Virus record (IMG/VR): IMGVR_UViG_3300021961_000108
Location: 1 to 59,071 of that record
Strand: one strand, 5' to 3'
Source: a virus
Taxonomy: Duplodnaviria; Caudoviricetes
DNA: 59,071 bases
Within the stretch, counting starts at the first letter, position 1; each line of letters begins with the position of its first letter. The notes under the pieces were generated by a model. The model worked only from the letters and a program-made list of their open reading frames with translations, was not told the DNA's origin and did no database searches. This document shows positions 1 through 6,266 of the stretch, one piece after another. Made by a program: the position numbers and the translations under genes.

Positions 1-77
1 TCGCATGGGATCGCCATGCCAACAAAGATTCCACGAACGGTACGCTTGAACTCTTCGACGATTGGAAACTTTTCCAT
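1..77 (-). CDS. Small early-region hypothetical protein, 5' part only (runs off window)
   Basis: Manual translation from ATG at 77: MEKFPIVEEFKRTVRGIFVGMAIPC...; AAAGGT SD-like motif upstream; starts 11 bp after the stop of 89..268. Confidence 0.6.
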   Translation of the reverse strand, partial: MEKFPIVEEFKRTVRGIFVGMAIPC

Positions 78-88
78 ATACTACCTTT

Positions 89-268
89 TCAGTTAGTGGC
101 TTCCATTACATCGAACGTGATACACTTGTCAAGATAGATGGAACGATAACCCTGCTCGGCCTTGACCGTCAAGAGCATACGATATCCAAACGTCCTAACC
201 GCGACCACTTCACCGTTCACAATCTCGCCGTTAGCATATTCGGCGAAAACAAAGTCACCAATTTTCAT
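89..268 (-). CDS. Small hypothetical protein, 59 aa (possible SH3/Sm-like beta barrel)
   Basis: Not in ORF track. MKIGDFVFAEYANGEIVNGEVVAVRTFGYRMLLTVKAEQGYRSIYLDKCITFDVMEATN*; purine-rich AAGGAAAAG leader and promoter at 296-323. Fold guess from the MKIGDxV start. Confidence 0.75.
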   Translation of the reverse strand: MKIGDFVFAEYANGEIVNGEVVAVRTFGYRMLLTVKAEQGYRSIYLDKCITFDVMEATN

Positions 269-295
269 TTTCTTTTCCTTTTCCTTTATATCGAC

Positions 296-323
296 ATCCT
301 ACATTCGAGACTTGAGTTGTCAA
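296..323 (-). promoter_or_regulatory. Sigma70-like early promoter cassette P1
   Basis: TTGACA-N16-TAGGAT on minus strand with upstream T-tract; same design repeated five times. Confidence 0.75.
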
Positions 324-338
324 GAAAAAAAATTAGGA

Positions 339-479
339 TCAGTATTCCCCGTTATCCTCGACCACTTCCTCACCGACAACCTCGCAGTGTTCCCCACAAT
401 CGGGGCAGATACCGTAGTCGGTTTGGGCGAAGGTCATATCAGCACCACAGCATTCTGACGAAAAGTAGACGTTTACCAT
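339..479 (-). CDS. Small Cys-rich zinc-ribbon-like protein, 46 aa
   Basis: Not in ORF track. MVNVYFSSECCGADMTFAQTDYGICPDCGEHCEVVGEEVVEDNGEY*; CC...CPDC..HC; SD GGGAG and promoter P2 upstream. Confidence 0.75.
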   Translation of the reverse strand: MVNVYFSSECCGADMTFAQTDYGICPDCGEHCEVVGEEVVEDNGEY

Positions 480-505
480 TGTCTTTTTCTCCCTTTCTTT
501 CTTCT

Positions 506-532
506 ATCCTACATTAGATATCGACAAGTCAA
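506..532 (-). promoter_or_regulatory. Sigma70-like early promoter cassette P2
   Basis: TTGACT-tgtCGATAtctaatg(N15)-TAGGAT on minus strand. Confidence 0.7.
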
Positions 533-564
533 CAAAAAGAAATTAGGAAACGAAAATTATCTTT

Positions 565-580
565 TGGCACAATATTTGCT
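565..580 (+). promoter_or_regulatory. Sigma54 (RpoN) -24/-12 consensus site
   Basis: TGGCACaatatTTGCT with exact GG-N10-GC spacing; a degenerate second copy TGGCACacgttTTGA at 583-597. Confidence 0.5.
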
Positions 581-600
581 CCTGGCACACGTTTTGAGTC

Positions 601-700
601 GATACTCGTCGTAAGTTATTGCCACACAAGTACTTACGTCAAAATTGCGGCCGCTTTTTCGCTCTAAGTACTTATCTCACAAGGGTTTACGTCGAGCATC
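601..700. repeat. 100-bp imperfect inverted repeat containing two nested 29-bp palindromic boxes
   Basis: Dyad axis in GCGG|CCGC (650/651), 34/50 positions match by hand; boxes CGTAAGTtaTTGccacaCAAgtACTTACG (610-638) and a degenerate copy (663-691). Confidence 0.8.
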
Positions 701-760
701 GTAGTTTCACGATATTGCCCCCCTTATGGGGGAGGGTACGATCACCCCTCCAATGGTGGG

Positions 761-961
761 TCATCCCACCTTGTGCATGAATACCCTACTGATGCCACAC
801 GATGATACCGCCCAATCGGGGCAGTCCCAAATCCAATCGGGCAACCCCTTACTTTGTGGGTGAAAATATCCGTCAACATGTAACGTATCGGGATTATTTG
901 GAACCTTTTGAACATTCAAGTTATATGATTCTAACCGGACTATCATTTCCGAAACGCTCAT
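761..961 (-). CDS. Small hypothetical protein, 66 aa
   Basis: Start reassigned to ATG 961 (MSVSEMIVRLESY...) with AAGGG SD, just after the stop of the upstream gene. Confidence 0.65.
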   Translation of the reverse strand: MSVSEMIVRLESYNLNVQKVPNNPDTLHVDGYFHPQSKGLPDWIWDCPDWAVSSCGISRVFMHKVG

Positions 962-971
962 GATATACCCT

Positions 972-1181
972 TTACTTCCTGAGACTCGCACCATTCGCCT
1001 TAGCATACCGATACATAGCCTTTTCGTCAATCGCAAATCGACGCACACCGTCAAGGGTGTCGAAACTCCAATGGTATTCTAATACCCTTGACCGTACCAT
1101 CCATCGACCATCGAAATGACCCGTATCCTTCAAGTCATATTGTAGACTATTCAGTATCTTTTCTAACTGCTTGCGATTCAT
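972..1181 (-). CDS. Small hypothetical protein, 69 aa
   Basis: Start reassigned to ATG 1181 (MNRKQLEK...) after an AAGGAAGGAAAG leader and promoter P3. Confidence 0.7.
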   Translation of the reverse strand: MNRKQLEKILNSLQYDLKDTGHFDGRWMVRSRVLEYHWSFDTLDGVRRFAIDEKAMYRYAKANGASLRK

Positions 1182-1203
1182 TTTCTTTCCTTCCTTTTCC
1201 ATC

Positions 1204-1231
1204 ATCCTACATTACTTATCGTCTTTTGCAA
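1204..1231 (-). promoter_or_regulatory. Sigma70-like early promoter cassette P3
   Basis: TTGCAA-aagaCGATAagtaatg(N16)-TAGGAT. Confidence 0.75.
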
Positions 1232-1248
1232 GAAAAGAAATTAGAAAA

Positions 1249-1443
1249 TCATTCTTCGATCACAATCGGGACAAGGCTAATCTTTTCCCTTTCGGGAAAC
1301 TTTTCAACGGGCAGAAAATCCAACGGATCACGACCATTCGACCACACCGTACCACGATATTCACCGTTGTACCACACTGACCACTTATTCGTCCGAACTT
1401 GACGATGCTTGTAATTACGCTTTGCAACCATTGGCCTTTTCAT
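1249..1443 (-). CDS. Small basic hypothetical protein, 64 aa
   Basis: Start reassigned to ATG 1443 (MKRPMVAKR...) after AAGGATAGAAAA and promoter P4. Confidence 0.7.
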   Translation of the reverse strand: MKRPMVAKRNYKHRQVRTNKWSVWYNGEYRGTVWSNGRDPLDFLPVEKFPEREKISLVPIVIEE

Positions 1444-1471
1444 TTTTCTATCCTTTTCTTCCTTTTCCATG

Positions 1472-1499
1472 ATCCTACATTACTTATCGGCAATTGCAA
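1472..1499 (-). promoter_or_regulatory. Sigma70-like early promoter cassette P4
   Basis: TTGCAA-ttgcCGATAagtaatg(N16)-TAGGAT. Confidence 0.75.
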
Positions 1500-1508
1500 G
1501 AAAAGAAA

Positions 1509-1739
1509 TTAGCAGATTCCAAAATCCTCGACAACATAGCCCATATCGTCGATTCTAATAAATCCACCATCGTCACAGAATCCGAGATCGTTGTCGATTG
1601 CAATTTCGTTGTCATTCGCACGAACAGTGTCGAGCAAATCCATACCGAAAGCAACCCTATCGACGAGCGTAGTGAGGGACGTTTCGTTCAGGAAGTTTAC
1701 CAGTTCACCAACCGTATTCAGCACAATCGTATTCGTCAT
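1509..1739 (-). CDS. Small acidic hypothetical protein, 76 aa
   Basis: Start reassigned to ATG 1739 (MTNTIVLN...) after AAGGATAGAAAA and promoter P5; Asp-rich C-terminal half. Confidence 0.7.
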   Translation of the reverse strand: MTNTIVLNTVGELVNFLNETSLTTLVDRVAFGMDLLDTVRANDNEIAIDNDLGFCDDGGFIRIDDMGYVVEDFGIC

Positions 1740-1767
1740 TTTTCTATCCTTTTCTTTCGTTTCCATC

Positions 1768-1795
1768 ATCCTACAAATATTATCGGCAATTGCAA
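1768..1795 (-). promoter_or_regulatory. Sigma70-like early promoter cassette P5
   Basis: TTGCAA-ttgcCGATAatatttg(N16)-TAGGAT. Confidence 0.75.
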
Positions 1796-1827
1796 GAGAA
1801 AAAAATCAGAGAAAAAAAGATTTGTTG

Positions 1828-1843
1828 TGGCACAGCATTTGCA
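1828..1843 (+). promoter_or_regulatory. Sigma54 (RpoN) -24/-12 consensus site
   Basis: TGGCACagcatTTGCA with exact GG-N10-GC spacing. Confidence 0.5.
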
Positions 1844-1980
1844 GAGGCCGTCTCCCACCTATAGGGGGGTTTTTTCATTTTGGGCAGGATAGATAATTTG
1901 GGGAGTCTCGGCCGGGGGTGGTGCAAACACAATCCGTCACTCATAATATAATTGGCCGTATTTCCCCAAGTAATAAGTAA

Positions 1981-2014
1981 AAGAAAAAAGGGAAGCGTAT
2001 TGCTTCCCCCTTTT
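1981..2014 (-). terminator. Rho-independent terminator for 2035..2289
   Basis: GGGAAGC-5nt-GCTTCCC stem (1990-2008) followed by a T-run on the minus strand; T-rich flank also on plus. Confidence 0.8.
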
Positions 2015-2034
2015 CCAGAATCACATTGAGAATA

Positions 2035-2289
2035 TCAACTAGATACTTGGGTTCGTAAATCCAAATTGATTCTGTTTTGTTCAACCATGTTTCGATTCTT
2101 TGGCTTGCGTCCACGATTTTTCTTCAGATCCAACTTGCGTCGTTGACGCCTAATCATTGGAGCAGTAATTCCTGTTGATCCCGAAATTCTAGCTAAATCT
2201 GTTGCTAATTCATCATCGCTTAACAAAACATGGTTATCTTTAATATATTGCAATTCTGATGGTGTCCACTTGTGATAAGATGATCTCAT
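2035..2289 (-). CDS. Small Myb/HTH-like DNA-binding protein
   Basis: KWTPSELQYIKDN...SDDELATDL...IRRQRRKL pattern, basic RGRKP tail; AAGGAG SD upstream. Confidence 0.7.
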   Translation of the reverse strand: MRSSYHKWTPSELQYIKDNHVLLSDDELATDLARISGSTGITAPMIRRQRRKLDLKKNRGRKPKNRNMVEQNRINLDLRTQVSS

Positions 2290-2374
2290 AAATGTGTGTC
2301 TCCTTGAAACTAGACTAAAGGTGTACTAACGTTATTATTATATATCGTTGATCATTTATAGCAAGGGCCGAATT

Positions 2375-2533
2375 ATGACTAAAAAATACCAACTTACCCC
2401 TTCTGTATTACATACAATAGCTAAAGAAGTTGATGTTTCCCACGATCTTACACTACAATCCGACAAAACCATAGCAGAATTACTGGATGAAGAAAAAAAC
2501 AAAGAAGCCGATAATAAAGAAGAAAAAGAATAG
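2375..2533 (+). CDS. Small acidic hypothetical protein, 52 aa
   Basis: ATG 2375 with AAGGG upstream; overlaps the start of the next gene by 47 bp. Confidence 0.45.
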   Translation: MTKKYQLTPSVLHTIAKEVDVSHDLTLQSDKTIAELLDEEKNKEADNKEEKE

Positions 2534-3149
2534 TAACAAATCATCTTTACCAAACAATGTTTCAGAAAGTGATTTTTTAATAGCTATTGATAATGTGGCT
2601 AAAAAACTAGCCCATAAGTTTAAGTTTGGCTATCATAGTTTTGAGGATATGAAACAACAAGCTATTATTTTTGGATTAGAATGTTTAGAAAAATATGATA
2701 GTAATCGTCCCCTAGAAAACTTTTTATGGACCCACGTTCGTAATAGACTTTTCAACTATAAAAGAGACAACTATCAAAGGCCCGATAAACCATGCTTAAA
2801 ATGCCCCGAGAATGACCCATCTTTTTCCTGCTCAAATAATGGCTGCAAAGCTTTTTCTAACAAATCGGACTGTGAACTATACAAACTATGGGAAAAAAGA
2901 AATAATAATAAGAAAAACTTAATGAGCCCCCAAAATATTGATGATATGAGTTTATTTTCAAAAACATCCAGCATATGTACTGATATAGAGAATAAAGAGA
3001 TACTAGATCTAATAGATAAATATATTTCTCCAGCGGACAGATCATTATACATCAAATTTAAACACGGACAAAAAATATCTAGTATAGAACTAAACAAATT
3101 AAAAGAAACAATATTAAATATTATTAAAGACCACCATGACCATTCGTAA
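2487..3149 (+). CDS. Phage-encoded sigma70-family (ECF-like) factor with Cys-rich insert
   Basis: Region-2-like segment (VAKKLAHKF...FEDMKQQAIIFGLECLEKYDSNRPLENFLWTHVRNRLFNYKR), degenerate region-4-like tail (ISPADRSLY); PCLKC..C..C..C insert. Confidence 0.7.
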   Translation: MKKKTKKPIIKKKKNSNKSSLPNNVSESDFLIAIDNVAKKLAHKFKFGYHSFEDMKQQAIIFGLECLEKYDSNRPLENFLWTHVRNRLFNYKRDNYQRPDKPCLKCPENDPSFSCSNNGCKAFSNKSDCELYKLWEKRNNNKKNLMSPQNIDDMSLFSKTSSICTDIENKEILDLIDKYISPADRSLYIKFKHGQKISSIELNKLKETILNIIKDHHDHS

Positions 3150-3948
3150 AAAACGCGGACAACTAAGTTTAGATGAAGAAAAATATATTCGAGATAATAT
3201 TGAAACATTATCCATAGAAGATATTGCTAATCATTTAAATCGTAGTCCCGCCCCAATACAAAAATACGCTGAACAAAATTATTTATTTAGCGATCAAGCT
3301 GATACTAACTATTTAAAACTCAAGTTGCATAGCAAACCATTTTGGTCCGAAATTACCAAACAATTTGATAATTCATCAGGAGAATTAGAATACTTTGAAA
3401 ATACATGGGTTAGCCTTATTAAACAATTTAGAGAAGACGTTCTTCCTGCTGAAGAATTACAAATTAAACAATTTATAACTATTGATATTCTTATTAATAG
3501 AAGCATGAAAGAAAGAAAGCGTCATATAGCTGATACTGAAAAACTACAACATGAGGTAGATAAAGAGTATGCTAAAAGCGAAGATGTACGAGATATTCCG
3601 AAACTGGCCAACCTGGAAACGCAACTATCATTCGCCCGTAACAGCATCGCTAATTACACTAATGAATATACCAAGCTGCTTAACGAACAACAAAAAATTA
3701 GTAAAGATCTTAAAGCTACTCGCGAACAAAGAATCAAACGAATAGAAGATGGCAAAAGCTCTTGGACAGGATTAATACGAATGCTTGAAGATGAAGAGAT
3801 AAGAGAAAAACAAGGAAGAGAAATGGAAATATTACGTTTAGCCACAGTTAATCAAAAAAATAAACTTGAAGAATATCACCAATTCTCTAATAATATAGTG
3901 GATAAACCATTTTTAACACCAGATAGCGTGGAGAAAAACAATGACTAA
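3136..3948 (+). CDS. HTH plus coiled-coil protein; candidate terminase small subunit
   Basis: N-terminal HTH (LSIEDIANHLNRSPAPIQKY), long coiled coil, position upstream of TerL. The TerS role is inferred. Confidence 0.5.
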   Translation: MTIRKKRGQLSLDEEKYIRDNIETLSIEDIANHLNRSPAPIQKYAEQNYLFSDQADTNYLKLKLHSKPFWSEITKQFDNSSGELEYFENTWVSLIKQFREDVLPAEELQIKQFITIDILINRSMKERKRHIADTEKLQHEVDKEYAKSEDVRDIPKLANLETQLSFARNSIANYTNEYTKLLNEQQKISKDLKATREQRIKRIEDGKSSWTGLIRMLEDEEIREKQGREMEILRLATVNQKNKLEEYHQFSNNIVDKPFLTPDSVEKNND

Positions 3949-4978
3949 AATTGCCGTAATAACAGGAGTCTCAGGACAAGATGGTAGTTACTTATCAGAA
4001 TACCTATTAGATTCTCCAGACTATTCTAGTGTGATTGGCCTATATCGCCGCTCATCTAACATCTCATCACTAGCCCGAATAAACCATCTTCTGCATCACC
4101 CCAAATTCATAACAGAAGAATGTGATCTAACAGATCCTCATAGCATAACACACATTATTAAAAAGTATGCTCCTCATGAGTTTTATAATCTAGCAGCTCA
4201 GAGTCATGTTGGAACCAGCTTTAAACAACCCAATTTAACTTTTGATGTTAATACTCTAGGAGTAATTAATATTATAGAAAGTATTCTTCAATATTCTCCT
4301 CATACTCGTTTTTACCAAGCGAGCACCAGCGAAATGTTTGGTCAAGAATTTACCGCAATTGAAAATGCTTCATTAAATATTATTGAAAAATTTCAGGACG
4401 AAAATACTCCTTTTAAACCTCAAAGTCCTTATGGGGCCAGCAAACTAGCATCTCATAATCTGGTGCGCATATATCGTGAAGGATACAATTTTTATGGTTG
4501 TTGCGGCATACTATTTAATCATGAAAGTCCACGACGCGGCGTTAATTTTGTAACTAAAAAAATTACTGATTATATTGGCCAACTAGAAAATGGTTTAACT
4601 AATGATAAGCTACATTTGGGAAATCTTAATAGTTGTCGAGACTGGGGCCATGCTAAAGATTATGTAAGAGCTATGCACATAATGTTACAGCAACAAAGTG
4701 CTGATGATTTTGTTATAGCAACTGGCATTACTCACTCTATTAAAGAATTTTTGCTAGCAGCTTTTAATATGGTAAATAAAAATTACGAAGATTATGTTGT
4801 AGTAGATAGTTCTTTTATTCGTCCGGCAGAAGTTGATTATTTGCGCGGTCGATCAACCAAAGCATACCATTTACTAGGGTGGACTCCTCAAATATCTTTT
4901 GATTCATTAGTAGAAGATATGGTTAACTATGATATTAAATATTATAGCAACAGTAAATTTAAAAAAACAAGTAAATGA
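3941..4978 (+). CDS. gmd: GDP-mannose 4,6-dehydratase
   Basis: ITGVSGQDGSYL, YNLAAQSHV, FYQASTSEMFG, SPYGASK, GILFNHESPRRG, LGNL..RDWGHAKDYV motifs. Confidence 0.96.
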   Translation: MTKIAVITGVSGQDGSYLSEYLLDSPDYSSVIGLYRRSSNISSLARINHLLHHPKFITEECDLTDPHSITHIIKKYAPHEFYNLAAQSHVGTSFKQPNLTFDVNTLGVINIIESILQYSPHTRFYQASTSEMFGQEFTAIENASLNIIEKFQDENTPFKPQSPYGASKLASHNLVRIYREGYNFYGCCGILFNHESPRRGVNFVTKKITDYIGQLENGLTNDKLHLGNLNSCRDWGHAKDYVRAMHIMLQQQSADDFVIATGITHSIKEFLLAAFNMVNKNYEDYVVVDSSFIRPAEVDYLRGRSTKAYHLLGWTPQISFDSLVEDMVNYDIKYYSNSKFKKTSK

Positions 4979-5241
4979 GAAATTTTGATTCGCCAGAATA
5001 TAAGTTATGGAGAAAAAAAGTTTATACTAGAGATAGTCACAAATGTCAGTGGCCTAATTGTAATAGCAAAAAAAGACTTAATGCTCATCATATAAAAACT
5101 TGGGCAAACTTTCCAGGATTACGATTTGATACTAACAACGGAATAACACTATGTTATGAACATCACAAAATGATACGAGGAAATGAATCATACTACGAGG
5201 CCGTTTTTCTTAAAATAGTAGCGGATAAAAAAAATGAATGA
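4975..5241 (+). CDS. HNH endonuclease (packaging-associated type)
   Basis: RD.HKCQ..C...LNAHHI...NGITLC..HH motif; upstream of TerL. Confidence 0.9.
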   Translation: MRNFDSPEYKLWRKKVYTRDSHKCQWPNCNSKKRLNAHHIKTWANFPGLRFDTNNGITLCYEHHKMIRGNESYYEAVFLKIVADKKNE

Positions 5242-5713
5242 TCCTGAATATACCATAATTATTGATACTAGAGAACAACAACCGTGGACTTTTAAAAATA
5301 GAACCACAGCAGTTAGCAAACTAGATACCGGAGATTATAGTATAGCAGGATTTGAAAATTTAGTTGCTATAGAAAGAAAGAAAAACGTTAGCGAATTAGC
5401 TACTAATATAACAGAGCCGCGTTTTAAAGATGTTATAAGTCGTCTTAGTACTATTAAGTATTCTTTTATACTACTAGAATTTTCTCTTAAAGATGTATTA
5501 ATATATCCCATAGGTTCTAATATTCCCAAACACAAGTGGCCTTATATTAAAATAACATCTAACTTTATTCTTAAAAATATTACAGATTGGCAAATGGAAA
5601 ATAATATCAAAGTATTTTTTTGTGGATCAGCATCTAATGCGGAAAATTTAGCAGGATATTTGTTACGTAAAATATACAACAAAGAAAAAGGAAATCTTAA
5701 TCATGAAACTTGA
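5234..5713 (+). CDS. ERCC4-domain (XPF/Mus81-like) nuclease
   Basis: IIDTREQ, LDTGDYS, AIERK motifs. Confidence 0.88.
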   Translation: MNDPEYTIIIDTREQQPWTFKNRTTAVSKLDTGDYSIAGFENLVAIERKKNVSELATNITEPRFKDVISRLSTIKYSFILLEFSLKDVLIYPIGSNIPKHKWPYIKITSNFILKNITDWQMENNIKVFFCGSASNAENLAGYLLRKIYNKEKGNLNHET

Positions 5714-6266
5714 TAAACCCATAGTTATTCAACCTCCTCCGTATACTAATCAGCAAACTGGTAAAGTTGTTAATCCTGATCCTATAATGCTAGAGGAATT
5801 AAAAATAGTATATATTGATAGTCCGGATCAAAAAAAGCTAGTAGCAAGAATAGACTCATTACCCTATGTGCTACCACTAACCGAATCTGATCAAGAATAT
5901 GATAGCTTGGGCGATTATTCTAGTTCCATTAGAGAAAATTTAGTGAAGACGAAACTAGGATCTGATCCGGCAGCGAAAATAAGATCTTTGTTTCCTCCAA
6001 CGCTAGAAGAGTTTCCTAATGGTCCGGGTACTATACTATCTGGTATTATTAAAAATTTTGGTATTTCTATAACACCAAATTGTAAATGCATGAAACACGC
6101 TATGGAAATGAATAAGAATGGTCCAGAATGGTGCGAACAAAACATAGAAACAATATTAGAATGGATAAAAGAAGAAGCTAATAATCGTAAAATTCCTTTT
6201 GTTAGTTCCTTAGTTCGTATGGCAGTAACACAAGCTATTAATAAAAGCAAAAAACATGTCGTATAA
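5703..6266 (+). CDS. Hypothetical protein with CxC-H-C motif (paralog of 33290..33847)
   Basis: Shares IQPPP, RSLFPxTLEExPNGPGTIL, CxCxKHAxEMN..G.EWC with 33290..33847. Confidence 0.8.
   Translation: MKLDKPIVIQPPPYTNQQTGKVVNPDPIMLEELKIVYIDSPDQKKLVARIDSLPYVLPLTESDQEYDSLGDYSSSIRENLVKTKLGSDPAAKIRSLFPPTLEEFPNGPGTILSGIIKNFGISITPNCKCMKHAMEMNKNGPEWCEQNIETILEWIKEEANNRKIPFVSSLVRMAVTQAINKSKKHVV

Noticed and set aside
601-700. Protelomerase (telRL-like) site
   Set aside because: Such sites are near-perfect palindromes around the axis; here only 8 central bp are perfect and no protelomerase gene is in view. Kept only as an unexplained dyad.
1181-1769. Longer starts MMEKEGKK, MEKEEKDRK, MMETKEKDRK (leaderless or shared N-peptide idea)
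   Set aside because: These ATGs overlap or abut the -10 box, so they lie upstream of the expected TSS. The other two cassettes lack them, and purine-only leaders cannot contain stops. The in-frame coincidence in three cases is noted but not persuasive.
296-1810. CRISPR array or integron attC array
   Set aside because: Repeats are degenerate promoters separated by whole ORFs of 140-440 bp; no constant repeat-spacer period, no attC-like dyads, no cas or intI genes.
62-1896. Plus-strand ORFs in the track (62..517, 162..458, 1088..1402, 1171..1380, 1494..1892, 1591..1896)
   Set aside because: They are shadows of minus-strand genes that have promoters and SD leaders, and they read through promoter T/A tracts.
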